A program made the position numbers and the translations under genes. The notes beneath the pieces were generated by a model. The model saw nothing but the letters and a program-made list of their open reading frames with translations. It was not told the origin of the DNA and did no database searches. A DNA stretch of 64,000 nucleotides from positions 11,036,001 through 11,100,000 of the forward strand of contig OX597838.1 of the NCBI GenBank assembly GCA_951406725.2, written 5' to 3'. Numbering within the stretch: the stretch's first letter is position 1; each line of letters begins with the position of its first letter. Of the stretch, positions 15,528-28,156 are shown in pieces. This stretch comes from Octopus vulgaris (lineage: Eukaryota).

Positions 15528-15623
15528 CTGAAATAAAAAATATACATACATATATATATATCATTTTATACATGTATATATATAGATAGGTAAGTCAAAA
15601 CATACTGATTCAGACATGCAATG

Positions 15624-15678
<55 letters not shown>

Positions 15679-15862
15679 GCATGCAAACACATGCAACAAT
15701 GTTATATTTTCAGGATGGAGAATGGTTCTTTCATTATTGGTGAGGCATAACTGAAAGTATGTGTGTCTATATATATATATATATATATACAGAATATAAG
15801 GATGAAAATCATGTTAATGATATTTTTCAGGTAGTCAGAATTCTATAACAATTTATAAGCAA

Positions 15863-16257
15863 CTAGCAGTATCGCCCGGCGTTGCTCGGGTTTGTAAGGG
15901 AAATAACTATATAAGCATTTTTAGAGATGTAAAGTATAATAGCCATCTCAATATGGCTAACCACAAAGGGGGTGTTACTGTAGCTTTTTACGTTCTGAGA
16001 TTTAATAATACATTTTTAGAGAGTTACTTCCCTTATATATGCCAAAAATACATTAAAAATGGGAAAAATTGATGGTAAATTTGTTTTTAAATCATAGACT
16101 CATCGTAGACGCGTGCTAATACCCAGAAGGGCTCGACATGAATCACGACTATAAGATACCCGCTTTTGGTTAAACTGCACTGCAAAATGTGGGAGTAGTT
16201 AGGAATCTAAATCGTAGGAGACAGACCCTCACACAACTTCACTTTTATATATAAAGA
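15863..16257 (-). mobile_element. Non-autonomous Helitron
   Basis: 5' TC, 3' hairpin cccgagcaacgccggg then CTAG, inserted between A and T. Confidence 0.85.
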
Positions 16258-16293
16258 TTTATACGTTGAACTTGATAATAATGTACATATATA

Positions 16294-16578
16294 AATAATT
16301 ATATCAAGGAAGCTAGGGCAAAAACAACCTGTCTCCAGCATGCTTAAAGTGCTGATACCTTTAAAAAACTACCAAAACCTCCAGATAAATATAAACATGG
16401 CTGAAAGTGGGCTACTGAAAGAATATTAAAGAATTTTAATGTAAAGTCTTTTTGATATTCTTTCACTAGCCTGCTTTCAGCCATGTGTGTATTTATCTGG
16501 AGATTTTTGGTAATATTTTTAAAGGTATCGGCACTTCAAGCATGTGTCTTCACCCTTGCTCCTTCAATATAATTATAT
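16294..16578. repeat. Foldback palindrome centred near 16440
   Basis: catggctgaaagtgggctactgaaagaatatt pairs with gatattctttcactagcctgctttcagccatg, extending outwards. Confidence 0.85.
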
Positions 16579-16585
16579 ACATATC

Positions 16586-16765
16586 CTCTTTTACTTGTTT
16601 CAGTCATTTGACTGCGGCCATGCTGGAGCACTGCCTTTAGTCGAGCAACTCGACCCTGGGACTTATTCTATCGGTCTCTTTTTGCCAAACCGCTAAGTGA
16701 CAGGGACGTAAACACACCAGCATCGGTTGTCAAGCAATGCTAGGGGGACAAACACAGACACACAA

Positions 16766-16802
<37 letters not shown>

Positions 16803-16974
16803 CATATATACGACAGGCTTCTTTCAGTTTCCGTCTACCAAATCCACTCACAAGGCATTGGTCAGCCCGGGGCTATAGCAGAAGACACTTGCCCAAGATG
16901 CCACGCAGTGGGACTGAACCCGGAACCATGTGGTTGGTTAGCAAGCTACTTACCACACAGCCACTCCTGCGCCT
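16586..16974 (-). mobile_element. SINE family A
   Basis: Reverse complement of the 1572-2022 element. Confidence 0.9.
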
Positions 16975-17832
16975 ATGTATATTATTATTAATGTGTGTGT
17001 GTGTGTGTGTGTGTGTGTATCATCGCCTGTCCCCTTGCACCCTTGCCCCCTTCAGCTAAGTGGGCAGCAAACCTCCATCACCAGCTTCAGTTGGCTGATA
17101 CTCTTGCATGCCCATTCCAGATAATGCTATCTTCCGGGTCTTCTCCAGATCCCTTCTACCAAATGATCTTCAGCCTGCCCCCTTTTATGCCTGTTGTTAA
17201 CTGGCACCCAAGTCACGGCTGTTTTCAAGTGCCGTTGATTGGTTAGATGGAGAATGTAGCTAGCATGGCAGAATCAGTGACCTGATACAATCTCTTGCAG
17301 TGCTCAAGACTTTGCACTTCACAGAATCTCTCCAACTGTGACAGGGAAACAAACATTAAATGATAATGATGATGGATGAACTTTGTCATTATTGGTGTTA
17401 AGTACATAAATTAACACAAACTTTTGATGGCAGGCTTTAACTTAGATAACTCAGATAGTTTTAAGACAGAAAGCTGGTATCATAGAAATATATTTCTTCA
17501 CTACCCACAAGGGGCTAAACACAGAGGGGACAAACAAGAACAGACACATGGATTAAGTCGATTACATCGACCCCCAGTGCGTAACTACCAAATCCACTCA
17601 CAAGGCTTTATTTGGCTGAGGCTGAAGTAGAAGACACTTGCCCAAGGTGCCATACAGCAGGACTGAACCTGGAACCATGTGGTTAGGAAGGAAGCTTCTT
17701 ACCACATAGCCATGCTTGCACCTTTGTTGAAAATGTTATGATTGTGACTACTAAAGACATATATTTGAAGAGGGAAACATTAGGGAGAGACATCATTTAG
17801 CCGAGAAAATTAATATTGAATTGTCAACAGAC

Positions 17833-17955
17833 CTTTATAATTTGCTGAAGGGAAGAAATTTTAGCCTCCAGTGAAGCAATCTTTTCCTTGGCTATTTCAC
17901 ATTCTTGCTCTTGTTGCTTCAAGCTTAGCTTCAGCGTTGTACATTCTTCACTAAC
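17833..17955 (-). CDS. Internal coding exon of an unidentified coiled-coil protein (VSEECTTLKLSLKQQEQECEIAKEKIASLEAKISSLQQIIK)
   Basis: Minus strand acceptor tcattgtag|GTT and donor AAG|gtctgt; 123 nt, phase 0/0, no stops; E/K/Q/L-rich heptad composition; unique sequence. Confidence 0.8.
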
Positions 17956-18052
17956 CTACAATGACATCAATAATAACATATATGTAATATATATATATAT
18001 ATATATATATACGAAAGAAGGTTTGAAAATGCAATTTTAAAAGATGTTTATT

Positions 18053-18095
18053 TACTTTACCGGTTTCACTCTTTGGAAAAAGATTGTCAAAAGTA
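18053..18095 (-). ncRNA. Degenerate hammerhead motif
   Basis: tactt-TTGACAA-tcttt ttcc aaagagt-GAAACCGGTA-aagta; stems I and III (ACCGGT) intact, CUGANGA box mutated. Confidence 0.5.
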
Positions 18096-19131
18096 ACATG
18101 TAGAAGGTTTGGTTGTGTTAATTATTGGTTGTTACAAATTGCTACATTACATATATACAGTCTTTGGTAACAAGGACATGTTAAGGACATAAAAAAGTTT
18201 AACGAGTTCCTTAAAATATTGGGCACAAAAGATTACAACATAAATAATCATTCTCAAGAACATGTTTAAGTGCGGTACCCTACAACTCCACTTTGTTATA
18301 TATATGTGGCCGTGCTGGGGCACCGAAGGACTGAATTAACAAATTAAAAGAATTATCAATGCTTACATGAGAAAATGGTAAAGAAATAAATACAGAACAT
18401 GTTACCTTTTACCTTTCAATTGTTTCAGTTATTAGATTGTGGCCATGCTGGGACACAACCTTCAAGAATTTTAGCTGAATGAATCGACCCCAGGACTTAT
18501 TCTTTGTAAGCCTGGTACTTATTCTGTCAATCTCTTTGCCTGAACTGCTAGGTTACAGGGGCATAAACACACCAACACTGGTTGTCAAGCAGTGGTAAGA
18601 CACAAATACAGATACGAAGACACACACACATATATAAACAATGGACTTCTTTTCAATTTCCATCTTTGAAATCCACTCACAAAGCTTTGATTGGCTCCTT
18701 GCAATAGTAAAAGACATTTGTCCAAGGTGGCACGCAGTGGGTCCGAACCCGGTGCCATACGGTTGGAAAGCAAACTTATTACTTACACAGCTATGCCTGT
18801 GCTTGTTTGTTACAACCCTTGAGGTGAGTATTGCTCCCCTCCGCACACAATCTTTTTCCTTGTATTTGCTTCCTCCCCATCCCCGTGATAGGAAGGCCAG
18901 GATTTGAACTTGAAACAGATAAAGCCAGAATGAATGTTGCTAAGCAACCTGCCCAATGATAATTTTGGCAGTCCACTGACCTGTATAGGTTCTTCATTAA
19001 CTGACCTGAAGGAACGAAAGGAAAAGTTGATCTCGGCAAAATTTGAACTTGGAGCATGGTGATTTGGAACATCATCATTCGCCATTTAACATCCAGTCTC
19101 CATGCTGGCATGACACAGAGTGGTATGATAA

Positions 19132-19548
19132 AGGCAGCGAGTTGGCAGAAATGCCAGCACGCCGGACGAAATGCTTAGCAGTATTTTGTCTGCCACTACA
19201 TTCTGAGTTCAAATTCCGCCGAGGTCGACTTTGACTTTTGTCCTTTCGGGGTCGATTAAATAAGTACCAGTTACGCACTGGGGTCGATGTAATCGACTTA
19301 AACCGTTCTTCTGTCCTTGTTTGTCCTCTCTGTGTTTAGCCCCTTGTGGGTAGTAAAGAAATAGGTATTTCGTCTGCCGTTACATTCTGAGTTCAAATTC
19401 CGCCGAGGTCGACTTTGACTTTCGTCCTTTTGGGGTCGATTAAATAAGTACCAGTTACGCACTGGGGTCGATATAATCGACTTAAACTGTTCGTCTGTCC
19501 TTGTTTGTCCTCTCTGTGTTTAGCCCCTTGTGGGTAGTAAAGAAATAG
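19132..19548 (+). mobile_element. SINE family B, tandem dimer
   Basis: Same dimer layout as 921-1336. Confidence 0.9.
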
Positions 19549-19952
19549 GTATGACACAGAGGTATGACACAGCAGGGAGCTGTCCGGAGTCCAACTGTCT
19601 GTTGTGGCATGGTTTCTATAGCTGGATGCCCTTCCTGATGCTAACCACTTAACAGAATGTGCTGGGTGCTTTTTACATATCACCGTAATTCAGTGGTTCT
19701 CAACTGGGGTCCATATGAACCTTGAGGACTCATATAATATGACTTTACTGTTAAGATTTATGTGCAATGACCTGGTTATACTTCTACAAAATTCAGACAA
19801 CGGTAATGTATTTCTAAGGGGTTGAATATGGTTTGTGATCTGGCAACAAGCCCAACAATTTTGTTGGAAGGGAATTAGTCAATACCAACAAGCCTGGAGC
19901 TTAAATGCTACTTGACTTACATACCCTAAAAAGATAAAAGGAATAAAATTTA

Positions 19953-20488
19953 ATATTCATAGCCACTTTAATACGGCTGTCCACTTGAGTGGACTCTACT
20001 GTGATTTTTTTAACCCCAAGAGGACATCTCCTCTAGCTGGTTAATGATGCACTGCTGCACCCGATAAAATTGCGAGCAGGGGACGAACCCCTGCCATCTC
20101 CTAAAGTGACTGTGAATATTACTTGTCAGTACAACTTCTGCGTTGATCTCTTAGAGAGATTTTAGAAGTGGAATTCTTGCTTGTTGCAGAATCAGCAACT
20201 GTGTGTTCACTTGAAATATATATATATATATATTGAGTGCAGAAGTGAGCTGCTATCATCTCTAGCAGACGAAGTGTCCAGTACTGAGGAGTGGCAGGAA
20301 TGCCCTGAAACCAGAACTGGTCTACTGGTCCTGTTGCTAGGAGATGGTAGGGGTTTGCTCCCCTGCTTGCAACTTTATCAGGTGCAGCAGTGCATCGTTA
20401 ACCAGCTAGAGGAGATGTCCTCTTGGGGTTAAAAAATCGCAGTAGAGTCCGTTCGAATGGACAGCCATGTTTAAGTGGCTATGAATAT
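19953..20488. repeat. Long inverted repeat, arms 19953-20103 and 20338-20488
   Basis: Arms of about 150 bp are clear reverse complements. Confidence 0.9.
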
Positions 20489-21140
20489 GACTCGTCAGTA
20501 CAACTACTGCCTTGATCTTTTAGAGAGAGGTTTTATAATAAAATTTAATTTGGCCATATCCAGCCCAAAATATTCTACCAGTTTTATGCTCAAGTTGACT
20601 AGATCCAGCCTCTCACACCAATCCTACAATGTTGTTATACTGTTCACAACTTCATACATCACTGCTGCTGCCACCACCACTGCTGCCAGTTAAGTAATTA
20701 ATTGACTAAGTACTTATATTTTTTCTTTTTTTTTTAAGCCTGGTACTTATTTTATTGGTCTCTATGCCAAACCACTAAGATATGGGGATGTAAACACACC
20801 AACAGTGGTTGTTAAACAGTAAGAGAGGTCAAACATGTGCATGTGCTAAGTGTTTTGCCCGGCGCAGTAATGATTCTGTTAGCTCACTGCATTAAAAGAT
20901 TTAAGATTAATGAAAAATAACTGTTTTCCCTCCTATCACAGAAGGGACATTCACTTTCACAGTATGAAACTTCATCCACCAAATTCAGTCACAAGGCTTT
21001 GGTTGACCCAACACAACAGTAGAAGACAACTTGCCCAAGGTGTCACACAGTGGAACTGAGCCCAAAATCCTGTGGTTGGGGAAGCAAACGTCAACCACAA
21101 AGCCATGTTTGCACCTATGAGTCAAACACAATCAAATATA

Positions 21141-21375
21141 TATTTCTTTACTACCCACAAGGGGCTAAACACAAAGGGGACAAACAAGGACAGATAAACG
21201 GATTAAGTCAATTATATCGACTCCAGTGCGTAACTGGTACTTAATTTATCGACCCCGAAAGGATGAAAGGCAAAGTTGACCTCGGCGAAATTTGAACTCA
21301 GAACATAACGCCAGACGAAATACGGCTACGCATTTCTCCCGGCGTGCTAACGTTTCTGCCAGCTTCTGCCGCCTT
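21141..21375 (-). mobile_element. SINE family B
   Basis: Monomer; further copies at about 5090-5306, 22660-23097, 28568-28797, 35345-35522, 51008-51222 and 53655-53835. Confidence 0.85.
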
Positions 21376-22148
21376 CAAATATATTAATACTAACCATTTA
21401 GCATTTAAACCAGTGATATCTGGCCTCTAAATTCTGCCTGTTTCATGTTCAAGCCAGTCAGAGCCAGCCTCTCACACCTATCCTACATCAAACAGTAACC
21501 ACATCATTGAAACCTCAAAGCTTTTGAGATAATGCATAATTAATTCAAAACTGAATAATTTGACGGAATACTTTGAATGCTTAAGGGTTAAACATAGCTT
21601 AACAGATTGACGGAATCAGTCAAGTAACAGACAAAGTGCCTGAGTGTATCTAGTTATGTCTATCACACAGTTATTTGACTGCAGGTTATGCTAACTTCTT
21701 ATCTCTGCCAGAGTAGCAGACATAGAACATACAGTTACACTTCATACATAAAACTGGTTTGCGTTCATTCACCTGTCAGGCTGAATGAACGAGGCATTTT
21801 GAGAGCGGATTTGAAAGACAGAAACTAAAAGTAAATAACCCATTGTGTGTTTGTGAGTGTGTGTGTGTATACACAGGTGTGGCTGTGTGGTAAGTAGCTT
21901 GCTTCACAACCACATGGTTCTGGGTTCAGTCCTACTGCTTGACACATTGGGCGAGTGTCTTCTACTATAACCCCAGGCTGATTTGGTAGAAACTGAAAGA
22001 AACCCATCATGTGTGTGTGTGAGGCAAATGTTGATTTAATGGAGAGAGTGAGCTAATGTACATTTGGTCACTATAAACAAATCCTTTGTGCGGGTCATTT
22101 GGCAAAAACTGAAAACTCATACTCAGTCTTCAACAGGAGAGTCCATCG

Positions 22149-22196
<48 letters not shown>

Positions 22197-22605
22197 AAAA
22201 CCACCCAACCCATGTCAACATAGAAACCTGGATAGTAAATGATGATGAAATTGCATGTGCATGTTTTTGTATCTGCACTCCCATCATTTGACAACAGTGT
22301 TGGTTTGTTTACATCCCCATAATTTAGTAGTTTGGGCGAAAGAGACTGATATAATGAGTACTGGACTTGAATATAAAAATAAGCACTTGGGTCAATTCAT
22401 TTAACTAAAACCATTGAAGGTGGGGCCCCAGCTTGGTTGCAGTCCAAGAAAGGAAACCCGACCACAATACTTCAATAGGTCTTAGTTTATTGCCCCTTCC
22501 TCTCCATTAATGAACAAAAGACAAAGACAACATCAGCGAGACTATCTCAGCAAGATTTACATTCACAATATACAAGGGACATAGCTAACTACTTTAAGGT
22601 ATTAC

Positions 22606-22640
22606 CTTTTCCTGAGGTTCTACCAATTCTGTTATATTGC
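22606..22640 (-). CDS. Candidate 35-nt micro-exon (xNITELVEPQEK) upstream of the coiled-coil exons
   Basis: aattttaaag|GC...AAG|gtaata; open frame ending in phase 0, compatible with the 17955 acceptor; short enough to be chance. Confidence 0.4.
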
Positions 22641-23485
22641 CTTTAAAATTATAATAATTCTTTCTAGGCCTGAAACTTTGAGAGGAAGGGGCAGATCAGT
22701 TACATTGAATCCCCACTTTACCCCCAGACCTTGATTGGTACTTGTTTTGTCAACCCCGAAAAGATAAAAGCAAAGATGACCTAGGTAGGACTTGAACTCG
22801 GAATGTAAAGCTATAAAACTGCCACCTAGCACTTTGTCCAGTGTACTAAGGATTCAGCCAACTCACTACCTTCTTCATAATAATAACAGTTTCAAATTTT
22901 GGCACAAGGCCGGCAAGTCTGGGGGAAGGAGTAAGACAATTACACAGACCCTAGTGTTCAACTGGTACTTAATTTATTGACCCTGAAATGATAAAAGGCA
23001 AAGATGACCTCGGCAGAACTTGAACTCCAAACGTAAAGACAGACAAAATGCCGCTAAACATTTTGCCTGGTGTAGCAACAATTCTGTCAGCTCACTGTTT
23101 GCTTTCAAATTACAATAATAACAATCTCAATTAACATTAGTTGAAAAAAAATGACACTGTCCTAAACCTCCAAATAACTCCTCTCGTTAAGATTATGACA
23201 AAGTAATTAAGATAAAATGAGAAGGGAAGGAATAACATCAGCATTCTTTTTTTTATCTTTCAGTTTTTTTTCTTTTTTTTTGAATAATCGCCAGGAACCA
23301 ACAAGCTATGGTTCTTCATTATGTCTGAGAGAGAATCAAACAGAAATGATCTCCAGCAGAAGCTGTATCAGATTATTTTACAGTTGTTGTGGTTGACATT
23401 GTGTTTTGTCGCACACATTCATAAAAACTTCCTATAATGTTGCTGAATAATTAGTCTAGCAGATAATATACTCTCTCTCTCTCTC

Positions 23486-23895
23486 TTTTACTTGTTTCAG
23501 TCATTTGACTGTGGCCATGCTGGAGCACCGCCGTTAGTCGAGCAACTCGACCCCGGGACTTATTCTTTTGTAAGCCCAGTACTTATTCTATCAGTCTCTT
23601 TTGCTGAACCGCTAAGTAACGGGGACATAAACACACCAGCATCGGTTGTCAAGCAATGCTAGGGGGACAAACACAGACACACAAACATACACGCACACAT
23701 ATATGTATATATATATATATATACATATATACGATGGGCTTCTTTCAGTTTCCGTCTACCAAATCCACTCACAAGGCTTTGGTCGGCCCGAGGCTATAGT
23801 AGAAGACACTTGCCCAAGGTGCCACACAGTGGGACTGAACCCGGAACTATGTGGTTGGTGAGCAAGCTACTTACCACACAGCCACTCCTGTGCTT
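23486..23895 (-). mobile_element. SINE family A
   Basis: Full-length reverse copy. Confidence 0.9.
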
Positions 23896-24149
23896 ATATG
23901 CCTGATTTTATCCCAAACATCTGAACTATAATTAGAAAAAAATAGAAGGGAGAGATAGGGAAACAGACTGAGAAAAACAAAAATAAACTATAACTTAACA
24001 GATAAAATAAGTAGTCAGCTTAAAAAAAGGTCCTGGGGTTGATTTGTTTGACTAAAAACCCTTCAAGTGGTGCTGCAGCTTGGCAGCAGTTAACTGATTG
24101 AAACGAGTAAAAGAATAAAAGAATATATATATATATATATATACATACG

Positions 24150-24463
24150 GACCATTGCCAGCACCGCCCCGTTTCGTGTCCGTTGCCAGCCTCGCCTGGC
24201 CCTCGTGCCGGTGGCACATAAAAAGCACCATCCGTTTGTGGCCGTTTGCCAGCTCTGTCTGGCACCAGTACGGGTGGCACGTAAAAAGCACCCACTACAC
24301 TCACGGAGTGGTTGGCGTTAGGAAGGGCATCCAGCCGTAGAAACACTGCCAGATTTGACTGGGCCTGATGAAGCCTTCTGGCTTCACAGACCCCAGTAGA
24401 ACCGTCCAACCCATGCTAGCATGGAAAACGGACGCTAAACGATGATGATGATGATGATGATGA
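24150..24463 (+). mobile_element. Family C retroposon with (GAT)n tail
   Basis: Repeated gtggcacgtaaaaagcacc units, ggttggcgttaggaagggcatccagc domain, tail acccatgctagcatggaaaacggacg(t/c)taaac(gat)n. Confidence 0.85.
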
Positions 24464-24486
24464 TGTATATATATGTATATATATAC

Positions 24487-24893
24487 AGCAGGAGTGGATG
24501 TGTGGTAAGTAGCTTGCTTACCAACCACATGGTTCCGGGTTCAGTCCCACTGCGTGGCATCTTGAGCAAGTGTCTTTTGCTATAGCCCCGGGCCGACCAA
24601 TGCCTTGTGAGTGGATTTGGTAGACGGAAACTGAAAGAAGCCTGTCGTATATATGTATATATATATTTATGTGTGTATGTGTGTGTATGTTTGTGTGTCT
24701 GTGTTTGTTCCCTTAGCATTGCTTGACAACCGATGCTGGTGTGTTTACGTCCCCGTTACTTAGCGGTTCAGCAAAAGAGACTGATAGAATAAGTACTGGG
24801 CTTACAAAGAATAAGTCGATCTGCTCGACTAAAGGCGGTGCTCCAGCATGGCCGCAGTCAAATGACTGAAACAAGTAAAAGAGAGTAAAAGAG
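24487..24893 (+). mobile_element. SINE family A
   Basis: Full-length copy. Confidence 0.9.
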
Positions 24894-26007
24894 ATATATA
24901 TATATATATACATATATACATACATATATATATACATATATATACACATACACACACACACATACATGCTCTACAATCTGCAGCCAGCAAGCATGTGAAA
25001 GAGTGTCAACACACCTGCAACCACACCCAGAGATCAGCTCAATGAATCTGTTGTGTAAACCATGACAACAAAAGTGTAAGAGAGAGAGAGAGAGTGAGAG
25101 AGAGATGAAGAAGAAGAAGAAGAGAGGCAGAAATGACAGCCAATAAGATGATTAATAAGCAAACAGGATCTAACTCGGGATGAATATGAAACATGATGAC
25201 GTCAGCGACGACGCAGGGTTGGGTGAATATACGACAGCAACGGGAGGCAAGACTTTTTAGCATATATGCATATATAATTACATACATATGCATACGCACA
25301 CAAACACAGACATATATATATATATATATTACAAACATACATATACACACACACATATATACATACGAGCAGACATTCATATATATGCATACATAAACAT
25401 ATATATATACACACACACACAAACATATATACACATGCATACACTATATATAAACGCACACACACATACATGAGCATATAAGAAAATATGTGTTCAAATG
25501 TATAGCACATGCGCATGTGTGTTAAGATATGGATACTGAGAAAAAATCTTTATCACATGCACTCAAACACACATACATTCATGTGTATATGCATAAATGT
25601 ATAAATATGTATGTATGTATATATATATATATATATATACACGCACACACAAATACATACCCAAATGTATATACACACACATACATATATCAACATATGT
25701 ACACATATACCCACATTTCTACAGACAAATGCATATAAACATGTGTCTACAAATATACAATATCATTAATTATGTTTCCACATAAAAAAAACATTATTGC
25801 AAAAAGCATGATCAGAAAAATATATATGCATATGTGTGTGTGTGTGTGTGTGTGTGTATGTTTATACACACACACGTTTAATTACAGGTACTTTAAGCCA
25901 ATTCCTATTGACATCCATATCATCCCTATCCGTTATTTACCATCCTCTATATTTGCACCCCCCGTCTCTCGCATATATATCATATCTATCTACATACCTA
26001 TATATAC

Positions 26008-26162
26008 TGGCTGTGTGGTAAGTAGCTTGCTTACCAACCACATGGTTCCAGGTTCAGTCCCACTGTGTGGCACCCTGGGCAAGTGTCTTTTACTATAGCC
26101 TCAGGCAGACAAAAGCCTTGTGAGTGGATTTGGTAGACGGAAACTGAAAGAAGCTTGTCATG

Positions 26163-26197
<35 letters not shown>

Positions 26198-26398
26198 ATG
26201 TTTGTACCCCCAACATTGCTTGACAACCGATGCTGGTGCATTTGTTTCCCTGTAACTTAGTGGTTCAGCAAAAGAGATTGATAGAATAAGTACTAAGCTT
26301 AAAAAGAATTTTTAAGCCTAGTGCTGGGGTTGATTTGCTTGGTTTGGTGCTCCAGCATGACTACAGTCAAATGACTGAAACAAGTAATAAAGTAAAGG
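26008..26398 (+). mobile_element. SINE family A
   Basis: Near full-length copy. Confidence 0.85.
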
Positions 26399-26703
26399 AA
26401 TATATATATATATATATATATCATCATCATCATCATCGTTTAACGTCCGTTCTCCATGCTTATATAGAATAAGTACTAGGCTTACAAAGAATAAGTCCTG
26501 GGATCGATTTCTTTGACTAAAATCCTTTAAAGTGGTGCTCCAGCATGGTTGCAGTCAAATGACTGAAACAAGTAAAAGAATAAATAAAAGAATATATATA
26601 GAGAGCCTTCTAAGAATCCATGTCAGAAAACATATGCTCTCGTATCTTTGTCAATAGAGTGAGTATATCAATCGAAGCGTACAATATATGTACATTATAG
26701 CTG

Positions 26704-26786
26704 ATCCTACCAATTGGTTTTGCACTAGGGCTTCAACGGAGTGTTAGATAAGAACCTGATGATGTAACACTGTGCTCTTCAGAGAT
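26704..26786 (-). ncRNA. Hammerhead motif with G12A change, in an inverted repeat
   Basis: atct-CTGAAGA-gcac...gtgc-AAAACCAATTGGTA-ggat; the mirror arm near 26877-26895 keeps GAAACCAATTGGTA-agat. Confidence 0.65.
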
Positions 26787-26971
26787 AGCAGGGTTACATA
26801 ATCAGGCTGTAATCTAACACTGTGGCAGGGTTATGTAATTAGGCTCTTATCTAAAACTTTGTTGAACCCCTAATGTGAAACCAATTGGTAAGATCGGCAG
26901 TAATGGATATATAATACTGAACACTTCAATCAATATATATATATATATATATATGTCTTTCCTTCTCCTAT

Positions 26972-27006
26972 GTTTCTGACGAAGAGCTCAGCTCGAAACG
27001 TTAAAC
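26972..27006 (+). ncRNA. Minimal type I hammerhead motif (family D repeat)
   Basis: gttt-CTGACGA-A-gagc tca gctc-GAAACGTT-aaac; palindromic stem III ACGT; GUU triplet. Confidence 0.8.
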
Positions 27007-27097
27007 CTTCCTTCTTCCCTTCTTTCCTGAGCGTCCAATAATACTTTATTTGTTCCACATCCTCGCGTTGTATTTTTTTGTGTTTTCTTGTTTGGAT

Positions 27098-27145
<48 letters not shown>

Positions 27146-27150
27146 ATATA

Positions 27151-27620
27151 TCATCATCATCAACATCACCATCGTTTAACGTCCGTTTTCCGTGCTAGCA
27201 CGGGTTGGACGGTTCGACCAGGGTCTGGGAAGCCAGGGGGTTGCACCAGGCTCCAGTCTGATCTGGCAGTGTTTCTACAGCTGGATGCCCTTCCTAACGC
27301 CAACCATTCCGTGAGTGTAGTGGGTGCTTTTTACGTGCCAGTGGAGTCTGGCAGCGGCCACGATCGGTTGGTGCTCTTTACGTGCCACCGGCACAGAAGC
27401 CAGTCAAGGCGGCACTGGCATCGGCCATGTTCGGATGGTGCTTTTTACGTGCCACCGGCACAGAAGCTAGTCAAGGCAGCGCTGGCATCGGCCACGTTCG
27501 GATGGTGCTTTGTACGTGCCACCGGCACAGGTATCACAACTACTATTTCCATTTGATATTTATTTCGATGTTCATGTACTTGACTCAATAGGTCTCCTCA
27601 AGCACAGCAGGTCGTTCTGA
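27151..27620 (-). mobile_element. Family C retroposon
   Basis: Reverse copy with about four internal roughly 64-nt repeats; others at about 2343-2660, 41975-42300, 50355-50560, 52660-52780 and 63770-64000. Confidence 0.85.
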
Positions 27621-27762
27621 AATCCAGAGTATATTGTGTACGTACATACAAAGAGAACAAGAGGCTGAGGAAGCAGAAGACAAGAAAAAGACTGAGAGAA
27701 TAAGAGAGCAAAAGGAGTGAGAAGATGTAAGACAATGCATGTATGAAAGAAATGAATTTTAG

Positions 27763-27910
<148 letters not shown>

Positions 27911-27931
27911 GAAAATTCCAAAAACCTTTAC

Positions 27932-28156
27932 CTTAAACTTCAGCTCTTGAAGTTGACAGCAAAGTAGTGTTACAATTTTGAGGACTTCCATATGCAGATG
28001 TAAATAATAGAGAAGTCTGTCCATGCTACAGCGATTCTGTTTCATCGAAAATTCAGAGCCTCTCATTTTTTTTCTCGGGTAATTTAATCTGCCCTCCCTC
28101 TGTGTTGCTGGACAACATTTTTTTAGAGAGTTTGATAATTTAATCCCTCGCAGCAT
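27932..28156 (-). CDS. Candidate upstream exon ending ...[12 protein letters not shown] (5' boundary uncertain)
   Basis: Non-repetitive part of ORF 27572..28156 ends at donor AAG|gtaaag in phase 0; acceptor/start not resolved. Confidence 0.3.

Noticed and set aside
16727-17059. Recurring ORFs such as ASFSFRLPNPLTR...GTEPGTMWLVSKLL
   Set aside because: Antisense translations of SINE family A, not a gene family.
20345-20505. Possible hammerhead CTGACGA-GTC...GAC-GAA across the inverted repeat arm
   Set aside because: No stem III partner or stem I closure found.
24365-24385. CTGATGA followed by a stem in family C copies (also near 56645)
   Set aside because: The stem is followed by TCAC rather than GAAA, and other copies read ctggtgca.
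27320-27530. Regularly spaced gtgctttttacgtgccaccggcac repeats resembling a CRISPR array
   Set aside because: The spacers are similar to each other; these are internal tandem repeats of family C in a eukaryotic genome with no cas genes.
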